A DNA stretch of 64,000 nt, from the NCBI RefSeq assembly GCF_006345805.1, contig NC_043005.1, forward strand, positions 74,028,001 to 74,092,000. The letters are read 5' to 3'. Within the stretch, counting starts at the first letter, position 1. Every line of letters starts with the position of its first letter. Positions 54,601-64,000 of this stretch are shown here, in pieces. The notes beneath the pieces are model-generated. The model did no database searches, was not told the origin of the DNA, and was given only the letters and a program-made list of their open reading frames with translations. Made by a program: the position numbers and the translations under genes. This DNA comes from Octopus sinensis. Lineage: Eukaryota.

Positions 54601-57600
54601 GCCGGTGGCATGTGTAAAAAGATTCGAGCAAGGTCGTTGCCAGTACTGCCTGACTGGCCCCCGTGCCGGTGGCATGTAAAAAGCACCCACTACACTCTCG
54701 GAGTGGTTGGCATTAGGAAGGGCATCCAGCTGTAGAAACTCTGCCAGATCAAGACTGGAGCCTGGTGCAGCCATCTGGTTCGCCAGCCCTCAGTCAAAAT
54801 CGTCCAACCCATGCTAGCATGGAAAGCAGACGTTAAACAATGATGATGATTGCATAGATACATTTAACTACATCAATTTCAACAGTGATACCAGCTCTCA
54901 TGTTTTGACAAAACTGTAAGAGCAAAATCTCTTTGTTTGAGATTTCAAATCATTTGTATTGTCTTTCAATTTGCTTCTAGGAAAAAACACTTCGTCCTAC
55001 ACATCTCAACTTACCGTTCTGTTAGGAATTGATAACTGAACAGCAGGTAATCTAGTAATATGACCTGTAACAGGTTGACATCTTCCACAAAGAGAGATTT
55101 AGTAATGACAGTTCTGTTTTAGGTCTTTACATAAATGTCTGATTATAACAGGACAAAGTGCAGTAAAAAAAATGTTGAGGAAACCCAATGAAGGAAACCT
55201 GTGAAAAATAGCACCCAGATATTCCTCAAATCACACAGTGCCATATATAAAACAATAAGAGGAGACATTTAATTTTTGAATAAAATAAGATATTTAATTT
55301 TCAAATAAAATAAGATATTTAATTTTTAAAATAAGATATTTAATTTTTAAATAAAATAAGAGTCAAGACTATTGAAAATGTTGCAAGATGCTACGAAAAG
55401 TTTAGGAAAATATAAATAAGAAAAAAGTGGAAATTTTACTGGTGAGTGTGTTACATTATAAGGCACAAAAAGAAAATGACTCTCCCCAGGCACAACAGAA
55501 TAAAATAAGTGTTTTATGGCTAAATAAAAAACTGGAATGCCATCTCTGGAACAAATTTCATCAAAGGTCTTCACAGTAAGAGCTGACTTGATGTGAGACA
55601 ACAACAAAATATTGATTTCAAATTTTGGCACAAAGCCAGCAATTGGGGAGGGGGACAGTTAAGTCAATTAGATCAGCCCCAGGATTCAACTGGTACTTGT
55701 TTTATCGACTCCAAAAGCATGACAAGCAAAGTCAACCTCAGTGGCATTTGAACTCAGAGCTAAAGGTGGATGGAATCTGCTAAGCATTTTGCCCAGCATG
55801 GTAACGATTCTGCTAGCTCGCCACTTTAATTAACAATGAAATATTAAACAATCTTGGTTTAAGAGAGTATTCAGAGGTTCCTGACAGAAGCAATAACTTC
55901 CTGAAAATAGCTGCCAACTATTTTCAATAAAAAGATGCCTGATGATCAACTATAAATGGACCTATCATAATATGGATGACCACAACAACAATGTGGTCAA
56001 ACAGTATGGTACATTAAGGACAGATTTACCAAGTTTATATGTAACCACTGCTTAATTTGTTAGCAATAATTAGAACTGTCAGGCATTTTCAGACATCAGT
56101 AAGACCTATGTTTACAATATCCCAACTTCTGCTTACAAGATTAATGTCTTTTCATTTATTATATCTACATAATTCTTTATAGTAACAAACTTAATTAGTA
56201 AATATGTTAATTACAAAAATAGTCATATGCAAATGTTACCATTGCAAACACTTAATAGAAGATGAGCTAATGAGGGAGCTACTATGTGGTTACTTAACCT
56301 ACTAATAAAATTAACAAAATTTCTTCAAATCACACCCAATTCTCTTTCATAAAAAAAAACAAAAACGGAGGACTCATATTCCACAATGTCCTAGACATAA
56401 AAAAAAAGACAGGAGATCACAGCTGCAATGTCTTTGACCATAGGTCTGCTTCATCAGTGCTAACCTTAGATTCAGTAGAAGAAAATAATCAAGATATAAA
56501 TAATGGAGAATAAATAAGAGAAGACAGCTTACCTGATGTAGTAGGAGTGGTGGCTGTAACAACAGGTGTGGTGAATTCTGGAAAAAAGAATATTTGAAAT
56601 AATTCATGGAGTGCACACAGAACAGCAAGAATCCAAACAATATCATACTCCTTTATTCTTAATACATTCAGTCAGATTCAAATATGAATATCTGCTCTCT
56701 CTTTTACATGTTTCAGTCATTTGACTGCAGCCATGCTGGAGCACTGCCTTTAGTCGAGCAACTCGACCCCGGGACTTATTCTTTGTAAGCCCAGTACTTA
56801 TTCTATCGGTCTCTTTTGCCGAACCGCTAAGTGACGGGGACGTAAACACACCAGCATCGCTTGTCAAGCAATGCTAGGAGTACAAACACAGACACACAAA
56901 CACATACACATACATACATATACATATATATACATATATACGACAGGCTTCTTTCAGTTTCCGTCTACTAAATCCACTCACAAGGCATTGGTCGGCCTGG
57001 GGCTATAGCAGAAGACACTTGCCCAAGATGCCACGCAGTGGGACTGAACCCGGAACCATGTGGTTGGTTAGCAAGCTACTTACCACACAGCCACTCCTGC
57101 GCCTGGTCTTTTATTTTCATTTTTTTATTTTTTGGCAATGGAAAATGCCTCCTCTCTTTAGGCAAAATATTTTCACATCATGTGTGATTCACTGGTTCAC
57201 AGGCCTAACGGGATTTTAACCTTATTGTGTGCCTCCTCAGTCAAAGCTACTCCACAGCCAGACCAATAAACCTTACAAGAGTACCAGTTCTTGTTTATAG
57301 GAATCAACACAGCAATCAGATAGTCATGACCAAATCTGCCAGAATGTATTAAGAATGAACATATAAAATTCTTTTATTGATGATTTTCAAAACAATAGAA
57401 GATTCATGAATAATAAAAAAAAGATGAAGTTTTTCTTTAATCCTGCTTTTCTCCATATTAAATTTTTTAAGAAATCGTTTATTAGAAAAGCATATTTTTC
57501 TGTCTTACTAGAGCTGCCCTTTGAACAAAATTTAACATAAATAAATCAATAATTTCTTTTACATGTAAACCTCAATAGTGACATTTAGCAGACAGAAATT

Positions 57601-57629
57601 ATAAAGAAACCAGTTGTATGTAAGCATAT

Positions 57630-57663
<34 letters not shown>

Positions 57664-60600
57664 CATCATCATCATTTAATGTCTGAAGTGTCAAACTAAT
57701 ATGCCTTGTTTGATGTTCCATCACCTGTCTCTGTCTTTTGTTTACCATTTGATATTGAACCATATATATATATATGTATGTATGTATGTATGTATACGTA
57801 TGCATGCATGTATGTATGTATGTATGTATGTATGTATGTAGGTAGGTAGGTAGGTAGGTAGGTAGGTAGTAGGTAGGTAGGTAGGTATGTATGTATGTAT
57901 GTATGTATGTATATCTCAGTTGTTCATAAGTCAGAAAAAAAGTGTATTCAATATGATAGGAAAGTAACAGAGTGGTTATATTTATATATATCATCAAGCC
58001 ATGCATTACTAGATATTGCATAATACTGGTCAGAATGATACCATCAATTATGTGCCAACAACAGCATATAAGCAATATTGAACAATCTTCAAACTTGTTA
58101 GCAAGCCAGTATGTCATAATAAACTCAATTATAGATCTATTGCTCTGATTCTTGACATTTTGTAGCACAGAATTTCCTTTTACAGAATGGCATTTTGCAA
58201 CTCCCACCTCCCAATGCTAGTGAAAAATAAAAAAAACAGCAGATTAATTAAATGAACTAGAAGTTAACTGTAGTCAGTGGTTTTAATATCTAATCTAGCA
58301 TCTATTTCTTTTTAGATATTTGTATAGACTAGTTTTCCCTTATTTTAAATTTTTGGTAAAGAAGGTGAGGTTTTATATGCAAAAGTATACTGGATCTTGG
58401 CACTTCATCAGGTGTGTTTTCAGATTCTAATCGCAACAAGACTCATTTTTGAAAATGGGTTTAAAATATAAGTACTGTAACTGGTTTAAATATTTTATTG
58501 ATAATAAAAATCATTATCCCTTATCCCACTGAACACCAAGCAAACCAGCCTTGGTACCCTTTATTTAAGCTCATAATGCTTCCCTTGTCTAACTTGAGTC
58601 GTGCGTAAGTTACTAAGTGCCAACAGCACCTAGTCAAACAAATAATTCCGCGCATGTGTAATGCAATAATGGTGATGTTCTTAACTGTTATATGGGAATG
58701 TAAATATGTTTGCAAATTGTCTTTGTTATATGTTATTCTGTGTTCTGAATACTTTTATTTTAATAAATGTTGCTTTCAGGCTTAGCTTAAGGTATTTTCG
58801 TGCCCAACATCACAAAATGTGTCTGAATAAACATTGCCGGACAGCAAATAGAGACTCAGGCATTGCTTAGAAAATAATTTTCATTTTTAACCTCGTATAT
58901 AGTATGCACTGGGGATTTTAACCTTTAAATTTTGGGAAAAAATGCGGATTATACTCGAGGATTTACAGTACTGCTCTCCTGCCAGGTTACCTTCATTGTA
59001 GATTATGTTCCACCATAAAGTTGCTAAAGATGCTGGGGAGGAGAAAGTTTCATGAGGATGGTAGAGTTACTCTGTGGGGAAGAAGGATCTATCACCAGAC
59101 AGATAGGTTTATCTGGAGTGTATAGTTTTCTTGGAGTGCAGTGGCAGAAGCTTCCAGTAAACAACCAGGTTGGGTTTTAGTTTTTATCTTTTATTTGTTT
59201 CAGTCAATGCTGGAGCACTGCCTTAGAGACTTTAACTGGATAAATCAATAATAGTACTTATGCCTTTTTAAAAGTCAGGTACTTATTCTGTCAGTCTCTT
59301 TTATCCAACTGCTAAATCACATCGATGTAAACAAACCAACACCAGTTGTCAAGCAATGGTAGGGTAGGGTGAAGGGCAATTTCACTCACACACACACACA
59401 AATATGTAAATACATATACATACATACCCAAACACATATATAAATATATATACACACACTCACACACAAGTATATATACATACACTCACATATAAATATA
59501 TAAATATATAAACACACACACATATAAATATATACACACACACATATAAACAATGGGTTTCTTTCAGTTTCTATCAACCAAATTCACTCACAGAGCATTG
59601 GTTAGCCTGGAGCAATAATAGAGTGAACTTGACCAAGGTGCCATGCAATGGAACTGAAGGGACTGAACCCAAAAGTGTGTGGTTGCAAATCAATCTTCTT
59701 AACCATGAACCATGTGGGCCCCTATTTACAAATTTTGAAAACTTGAGAATGAAAACAAACAATGAACACATTATTGATATTCAAAACGTAGAACATTTAC
59801 CTGGTGTAAAGCATCCAAGTATAGAAACTTTGACATCATATTCTGCAGGGTAGACATCCATGTCCAAAGGTTTCGCTGATTCCAATAGAATACGAATTTC
59901 TGTGACATTTAAAAGTTCATTTGTCTTATAATGAGTTTTTCCATTGATAAAGGAACCCAATGACTCAAATGCGAAATCATTTGCAAACTTCAACTGTACA
60001 ATGTAGCTTCTCACATTTCCTTCGACAATAATTTCTGAGAGTAGAACACCTTCAGGGTTATTTGTCAATTTGATGGTTACTGATGGTTGTGCTTCCTGAT
60101 CAGAAGGTACTGGTACTTTCCAACCTTCTTTGTTTGGTCGAATGTTTACGGCTGTGTCCATATGACTGAGAGGTGTTGCAGTAATATGACGGTCTGGGAT
60201 GTATATTGGGCTTTTCAAACCATCAATTAACTCACAAGCTGTCAAAATATAAGACAAAGATACATTTCTTTTTTGCTTTGTATTTTAAACAACTTAACAA
60301 CATACTCTTTTACTCTTTTTTACTCTTTTACTTTTAAAAAAATAGTTATATAAGGTAGATATAAAGGTCCCTTCCAGGGGCCGTATTATCGATTTTTTCA
60401 ACAATCTAAGTCTGTCACGAGGCTTTCAGACATGAGTTCTATTCACGTCGTAAGTTTCATCAAAATTGATAAAATGATGTAGGAGGAGTTAGCTAACAAT
60501 GCCACAAACAAACACACACCGATTTTCCACATATGTAGAGGATATATATCAATTTAATACACATTCAAAAAGAGCTACTAATAGTTTCACGATTTTATGA

Positions 60601-63054
60601 TACTTTAGATTGACATATTTATAAATTATACCATATAACTCCAAGCAATCTTTCTGGCTCTGTTTATGCGTTAAATATAGTTTAAAAACTAGGATGCAGG
60701 ACAGTGTGAGAAAATAACAAAAAACATGATAAAAATGAGAAGGTTGAATGCAAAAAATGAAACAAGAAAAAAGAAACAAAAGCAAAAAAAAATAATAAAA
60801 TCTCCATCCTCTATGATTGCAGAAGCCACAATTAATACAGCTGGTATACAACAAAATAATAGAAAATATGTCAAAGTCTGTGAGACCGCAACTCAGCCAA
60901 GAGCAGGTGGTATCCTCAAATTCAACAAAAGAAACTTGTCCATATGTTTGCACCTGCTAAAAATTTCACATCTGGAATTAAGTTGTGTTTTTGAAATTCT
61001 TGGATCTAAGAAGAATATGAGATCTTTCTACTATGCATTTCTTAGTTGCATTTCTAAGATCCATTAAAATATGGCTTAGATTTCTCTGCAATTCTCCACT
61101 TGTTTGTATGTGGTGTGGAGTTGGTCTTCAAATTCTAGATATGGCTATCCAACTTAGGTGCATTATTTTGTTGATGTGCTGAGAACAAGATAGGTGGTTT
61201 GTATAATGTTTTCTGGAACTGCCTTTGCATAAACTGATGTACTTCTTTTCAATTAAGTTATCTTGAAGCTTTGTTGTTACTTCTGCCTCATATATGACAA
61301 AGTTTATCATACATGTTTGGTTAAGTCGGCAAGCTTCAGGGTCATGGCAGTTACATTTTTTTGTTGATTCTATCGTGAACATATAAACTATATATATATA
61401 TAAATTTACAGAAAAAGGAAAATGGAGAAATATTGATGGACAACAATTGACTGACATCAATTATTATTTATTATAAATAATAAAATAAATAATGAATAAA
61501 AAATTAATAATAAGTGATGTAAGTCAATTTGTTGTTCATCAATATTTCTCTATTTTCTGTTTTCTTTAAATTTTGATTCTTGATAAACTCATGTTTATCC
61601 TTGTCTTTACCTATAACTTATGAGCATTATATGCTAGCATATGTATGCCCATGGTTAAACAGGTAATATACCGGTAGTGTAATGGATACTTCTATCCCTC
61701 CGATGGTTATTTTAATCTCTAACTCAGCTAACCACACACACACACACACAAACACACACACAAACACACAGACACACACATAAAGAATGAGTAAGAATGT
61801 ATGTAGATGTTAAATATCCTGCAGAATGATGGTAGTATTAGATTTAGATTTTATGTCACACCTATGAGTGGATGCAATCACAGGTAATATTGAAGATACA
61901 TACCTCATATTTGTCCCTACAAAGTATATTTAATGTTAGTAAGTAGCTTTTTTATGCAAATACAGACAGTGTCAGCCCACTGAAAGCAGGTGATACTGGT
62001 GATACACAACAACAACTGTTGATTTTGATGCTCAAATAATACATAGATATTTTTAATGCAAATGAAAATGCTTAAATAGATAACAATTAAGCAAACAAAA
62101 CAAAAGGAAGCATCACTACAGAAATGTAACTTCCTAGAAATGCATTTATTGGATTCATTCAGCCTTTATAAATACCAAAAAGCATTTTTTTCTTTTCTCT
62201 TAAATTCACTCTTACTCAGTATCTATTGTAAGAAAATAGAGGAAAAATATTTTTAAAATTCAAGAAATATTGTGATATCTTACGTAATGTTGGTGTTGTT
62301 TCAGTTGAAGTTAAAGTTGTTGTCTTTATTGCTGAAAGTCACAAAGTTTTAAATGTGATTAGAACTGGATTTCAATATTTATAGAAATGAAATCAAATTA
62401 ATAAACATTTTACTTACTAAGGTTAAATTTTGACTAATTAAAACAACAGTTTAATGGCATAGCATGATAGCTAATTAAACTAATAAATCTGAAGAAGCAT
62501 TAATATTAAAAACAAAAATTAATATTCTTGTACACCTCTACGTTTAAATATTTTTCAACACTTAAAAAATAATAAATATCCACATACAAGTTTTAAACTT
62601 ATAATTCAAGGCAAGAGACTTTTTAAAATAGACTGAGTTTCATTCGTTGGAATTGTTAAATACTTAAATATGAATAAAACAACAAATATATTGCAATTTA
62701 TTATTAATTTTTTATAATATCATCTCCTTAGACAAAAGTCTAAGGAATGTTATTGTCAAAATTTCTAAATATCATTCCTTCTAATACCAAAATTAAATTT
62801 ATCTCATGGTGATACAGTTTATAGTATGAATAAATATTCTAATTACATTATATAATATTACATAATCATTTGACAGCAGTGATGCTTTAGCCAAACAAAT
62901 CAACCCCAGGACTTATTTTTTATTAAAGCCTGATACATATTTACCAGTCTCTTTTGCTGAACTGCTAAGATATAAGCACACCAAGATCAGTTGTTGAGTG
63001 GTGGTGAGGAAGAAACACAGACTGAAACACACACATACACACACAAACACACAC

Positions 63055-63130
<76 letters not shown>

Positions 63131-63968
63131 GCACATATAGATCAACAAAATTCTAAGTAGTGTTTTGTTGAATCCCTTTGCATTCTGCTTTTAAATCCAG
63201 CCAATGTCAACTTTTATTCTTCCTGACAAACATAAGACGAACACCAGACAACGAAATACCTAAATATCTGAGATTAGTGGTTAATAATACGATTATAATT
63301 TACAGTTACATGACAATTTGGTTAGTTTGATCTCTGGTCATTATATGTCATCAGAAATAAGACACAACACGAAATGAAAATCCGAGATCAGTCTGATTGA
63401 AATGTCTTGTATGAGTAAAACGGTAAAAATAGATCATTTCAAGACAAGAATAATAGTATATGTATATATTTATCATGTGTATCCCCAGTTAGAAGTCAAT
63501 ATCACATAATTCTAGTTTCAAATTTTGGCAGCAATTTTAGTGAAGGAGAAAGACAATTACATTGGTACTAGTGGTCAACTGGTACTTATTCTAATGACTC
63601 TAAAATGATGAAAAGCAAAGTCAATCTTGACGGAATTTGAATTCAAAATCTAATGAACCAGAAGAAATGCCACAAAGCATTTTGTCCAACGGAGGACCAA
63701 ATCCACCAGCTCAATGCCTTTTAATATAATATAACATTAGAAGTTAATAATATAAGTTTTATCCGTACTAAAGAGAGATGTTTACGTTCATTGATATTAA
63801 AATTTGAAAACAGCATTAACTCACTTGTACAGTGTGGAGGTTTTCTAATACAAGCACCATTCTGGAATGTATATCCTTCATTACAACTACAGACCTTGTT
63901 ACATTCCAAAGATACAGAACAGTCACTGTCACAAGTTTCCAAGTCACAGTAACACTTGCTAGGACATT
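315..63968 (-). CDS. Giant secreted mucin-like glycoprotein, partial gene span (24 exons, ~5,890 aa; PTS, TIL/VWC and discoidin-like modules), continuing beyond both window ends
   Basis: 24 exons bounded by AG/GT join with consistent phases: 19 are symmetric phase 1-1, and the Cys-rich cluster runs 1-0, 0-1, 1-0, 0-0, 0-1. Thr/Ser/Pro tandem repeats plus TIL and VWC Cys patterns match the gel-forming mucin/VWF/hemocytin family. No VWD domain, start or stop codon is seen in the window. Confidence 0.88.
1456..1745 (+). mobile_element. tRNA(Arg-like)-headed SINE family D
   Basis: GGAGGCGCAATGGCCCAGTGGTTAGAGCAGCGGACTCG...GGTTTCGATTCCC. Copies at 14925-15222 and 24494-24780. Related family E at 14665-14912(+), 1785-2085(-), 8965-9275(-), 37625-37905(-), 40215-40430(-). 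Confidence 0.8.
2095..2474. repeat. (ATGT/ATGC)n microsatellite
   Basis: Seen directly. Similar simple repeats at 524-561, 4960-5205, 13965-14135, 47017-47062, 57770-57912, 59386-59548, 63058-63131. Confidence 0.95.
4472..4918 (-). CDS. Exon: discoidin/F5-8C-like module, copy 5
   Basis: 447 nt, phase 1-1, ttcttttcag acceptor, gtaag donor. Confidence 0.9.
5500..5604 (-). CDS. Thr-rich linker exon ([19 protein letters not shown]...)
   Basis: 105 nt, phase 1-1, gtaaat donor. Confidence 0.8.
6618..6659 (-). CDS. Micro-exon ([14 protein letters not shown])
   Basis: 42 nt, phase 1-1, tttcttag acceptor, gtaagg donor. Confidence 0.8.
8357..8803 (-). CDS. Exon: discoidin/F5-8C-like module, copy 4
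   Basis: 447 nt, phase 1-1; 8 nt differences from copy 3 by manual alignment. Confidence 0.9.
9508..9630 (-). CDS. Thr-rich linker exon ([19 protein letters not shown]...)
   Basis: 123 nt, phase 1-1; paralog of 5500-5604 and 315-437. Confidence 0.8.
11341..11382 (-). CDS. Micro-exon ([14 protein letters not shown])
   Basis: 42 nt, phase 1-1; paralog of 6618-6659. Confidence 0.8.
11869..12068. mobile_element. Mariner-like MITE
   Basis: TIRs gggtgctgaaaagttcctggcttt / aaagccgggaacttttcagcaccc. Relatives at 14335-14460 and 17937-18374. Confidence 0.8.
13046..13492 (-). CDS. Exon: discoidin/F5-8C-like module, copy 3
   Basis: 447 nt, phase 1-1, tttttcag acceptor, gtaag donor. Confidence 0.9.
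15488..15818 (-). CDS. Exon: VWC domain ([15 protein letters not shown]...KCCPYCP) plus Thr-rich linker
   Basis: ccctttcag acceptor, gtaggt donor, 331 nt, phase 0-1; GE-x-W and CCPxC are VWC hallmarks. Confidence 0.87.
17624..17725 (-). CDS. Exon: VWC-like C-terminal CCxC and start of the next VWC ([34 protein letters not shown])
   Basis: ttttcacag acceptor, gttcgt donor, 102 nt, phase 0-0. Confidence 0.78.
18123..18351. mobile_element. piggyBac-type (TTAA) MITE nested inside a mariner-like MITE
   Basis: TTAA-CCCTTTCGTTAC...GTAACGAAAGGG-TTAA. Copies at 5854-6083 and 19060-19274. Confidence 0.85.
18645..18960 (+). mobile_element. Restriction-like endonuclease (R4/Dong/NeSL-type) LINE C-terminal fragment
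   Basis: [40 protein letters not shown] resembles RLE C-termini. Confidence 0.65.
19442..19709 (-). CDS. Exon: 10-Cys TIL plus start of a VWC-like module, with an apparent 1-nt deletion at 19541-19544
   Basis: [38 protein letters not shown], then a shifted frame [33 protein letters not shown]. Length is 268 nt where 269 is needed for phase 1-0. Confidence 0.8.
20976..21081 (-). CDS. Exon: remainder of E module ([35 protein letters not shown])
   Basis: 106 nt, phase 0-1, ttttag acceptor, gtatgt donor; phases fit both neighbours. Confidence 0.8.
21140..21362. mobile_element. DNA-transposon terminus with internal inverted duplication
   Basis: ggaaggtgtttataagccatttaaaa occurs in both orientations; the same terminus (ggagatgtacttgcatagc...) recurs at 25766-25960. 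Confidence 0.6.
22285..22415 (+). mobile_element. RTE/BovB-like LINE 3' terminus
   Basis: Zn-finger-like end [23 protein letters not shown] followed by a CAT-rich tail. Confidence 0.6.
22832..23397 (+). mobile_element. Internally deleted mariner DNA transposon
   Basis: TIRs ttgggttgtccggaaagttcgtgc / gcacgaactttccggacaacccaa, TA on both sides. Transposase remnant [29 protein letters not shown] (YSPDLAP motif) with stop codons. Confidence 0.92.
23453..23721 (-). CDS. Exon: 8-Cys TIL domain and start of E module (..[32 protein letters not shown])
   Basis: ttttcttgacag acceptor, gtaagt donor, phase 1-0; CPCYHNG is typical of the mucin/VWF TIL-E junction. Confidence 0.88.
24107..24480 (-). mobile_element. 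Degenerate non-LTR (RTE-like) reverse transcriptase fragment
   Basis: Translates with frameshifts to KAFD...GVHQGSVL...[10 protein letters not shown]. Confidence 0.85.
25070..25342 (-). CDS. Exon: 10-Cys TIL-like domain plus Ser/Thr linker
   Basis: 273 nt, phase 1-1; [45 protein letters not shown], nearly the same Cys spacing as exon 63825-63968. Confidence 0.85.
26790..34937 (-). CDS. PTS mega-exon 2 (8148 nt, 2716 codons): degenerate (T)TTAAPS(A/G) and TTPSTATTT repeats
   Basis: Uninterrupted 2736-aa ORF; ttctcttctacag acceptor, gtaagc donor; phase 1-1. Confidence 0.92.
34969..35795 (-). mobile_element. Two (ATG)n-tailed RTE 3'-UTR-type repeats (34969-35340, 35507-35795)
   Basis: Shared core GGTTGGCGTTAGGAAGGGCATCCAGCTGTAGAAAC...GTTAAACGATGATG. 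Other copies at ~3400-3586(+), 16050-16275(+), 20040-20350(-), 26190-26385(+), 47810-48172(-), 53278-53690(-), 54425-54850(+). Confidence 0.8.
35797..36540 (+). mobile_element. 3' end of an RTE-clade LINE (ORF C-terminus plus 3' UTR)
   Basis: [12 protein letters not shown]...GRGRPRKTW...DRDLWK motif followed by the UTR that forms the abundant (ATG)n-tailed repeat. Confidence 0.88.
36868..36918 (-). CDS. Micro-exon linker ([17 protein letters not shown])
   Basis: tttttatag acceptor, gtttgt donor, 51 nt, phase 1-1. Confidence 0.72.
38313..38545 (+). mobile_element. tRNA-derived SINE family B with a target-site duplication (agtttaaatgctaaag)
   Basis: B-box GAGTTCAAATTC and central GCCTTTCATCCTTT.G.GGTC.ATAAATTAAGTACCAG (Meta-domain-like, from recollection). 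Copies at 1024-1257(-), 2747-2962(-), 16285-16870(+), 20666-20886(+), 37313-37525(+), 40790-40980(-), 50815-50985(-), 55615-55826(-), 63520-63718(-). Confidence 0.85.
40982..41086. repeat. (TTA)n followed by (AAT)n, a self-complementary microsatellite
   Basis: Seen directly. Confidence 0.9.
41610..46742 (-). CDS. PTS mega-exon 1 (5133 nt): ~5.8 copies of a 49-aa repeat, then 17/18-aa [18 protein letters not shown](I/V) repeats; internal frameshift patch
   Basis: ttctag acceptor, gtactg donor. ORFs 42559..46743 and 41596..42369 share a frame. Indels at ~42380-42985 sum to zero. Confidence 0.85.
46997..48841. mobile_element. TA-flanked TIR element carrying nested SINE/LINE insertions
   Basis: Perfect 23-nt inverted repeat (including the TA) taccaggtgcagcatatatattt / aaatatatatgctgcacctggta. 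Confidence 0.65.
48896..48928 (-). CDS. Micro-exon linker ([11 protein letters not shown])
   Basis: ccatttcag acceptor, gtaaat donor, 33 nt, phase 1-1. Confidence 0.7.
50361..50774 (-). CDS. Exon: discoidin/F5-8C-like module, copy 2
   Basis: 414 nt, phase 1-1; [21 protein letters not shown]....[11 protein letters not shown]. Confidence 0.85.
51978..52055 (-). CDS. Linker exon ([26 protein letters not shown])
   Basis: tattctag acceptor, gtata donor, 78 nt, phase 1-1. Confidence 0.75.
55268..55358. repeat. Short AT-rich tandem repeat (tttaattttcaaataaaataagata-like, ~3.5 copies)
   Basis: Seen directly. Confidence 0.8.
56533..56577 (-). CDS. Micro-exon linker ([15 protein letters not shown])
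   Basis: ttttttccag acceptor, gtaagc donor, 45 nt, phase 1-1. Confidence 0.8.
56694..57104 (-). mobile_element. tRNA-derived SINE family A with CORE-like centre and (AGAGTAAA)-type tail
   Basis: Head with A-box TGGCTGTGTGG and B-box GGTTCAGTCC, then (A/C)CTTGGGCAAGTGTCTT. Copies at 7321-7737(-), 9910-10340(-), 21707-22116(-), 49663-50267(+, interrupted), and degenerate at 12390-12730, 19840-20570, 59190-59715. Confidence 0.85.
59801..60238 (-). CDS. Exon: discoidin/F5-8C-like module, copy 1
   Basis: 438 nt, phase 1-1; [21 protein letters not shown]....VKVSILGCF. Confidence 0.85.
60930..61380 (-). mobile_element. Penelope-like element GIY-YIG endonuclease remnant
   Basis: [35 protein letters not shown]: CNC-C-C knuckle plus degenerate GIY/YIG. 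Confidence 0.7.
62284..62331 (-). CDS. Micro-exon, Thr-rich linker ([16 protein letters not shown])
   Basis: tttcag acceptor, gtaag donor, 48 nt, phase 1-1. Confidence 0.75.
63825..63968 (-). CDS. Exon: 10-Cys TIL-like domain ([47 protein letters not shown])
   Basis: ttcag acceptor, gtgagt donor, 144 nt, phase 1-1, C-x-C-x2-GY-x6-C motif. Confidence 0.85.
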
Positions 63969-64000
63969 CTGAAAAGCATATGAATTCACAAATTAGATTT

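Noticed and set aside
55015-55064. Possible 50-nt exon with a good gtaagt donor
   Set aside because: It would be phase 1-0 and break the frame between two phase-1 exons. The acceptor is weak and the composition is not linker-like.
315-63968. Assigning a vertebrate symbol such as MUC2, MUC5AC or SSPO, or calling the locus a pseudogene
   Set aside because: Orthology cannot be shown without the VWD regions. Intact splice sites and an unbroken 8.1-kb exon argue that the few frameshifts are sequencing errors.

Overview
AT-rich, repeat-dense animal DNA. The SINE, RTE, Penelope and MITE landscape suggests an octopus or other coleoid cephalopod (inference). The whole window lies inside one giant minus-strand mucin-like gene, and neither its start nor its stop is present. 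I reconstructed 24 GT-AG exons (63968 to 315) with consistent phases, about 17.66 kb of coding sequence or about 5,890 aa. They encode two huge Pro/Thr/Ser (PTS) repeat exons (8148 and 5133 nt), short Thr-rich linker exons, a TIL/E/VWC cysteine-rich cluster, and five copies of a ~140-149 aa single-exon module with two Cys that looks like a divergent discoidin (F5/8 type C) domain. Three of these copies form a tandem array with signs of gene conversion. Two frameshifted patches (19541-19544 and ~42380-42985) are probably assembly errors. Introns contain tRNA-derived SINEs, RTE, RLE and Penelope LINE fragments, mariner- and piggyBac-like MITEs, palindromes, microsatellites and degenerate Penelope-type hammerhead motifs.
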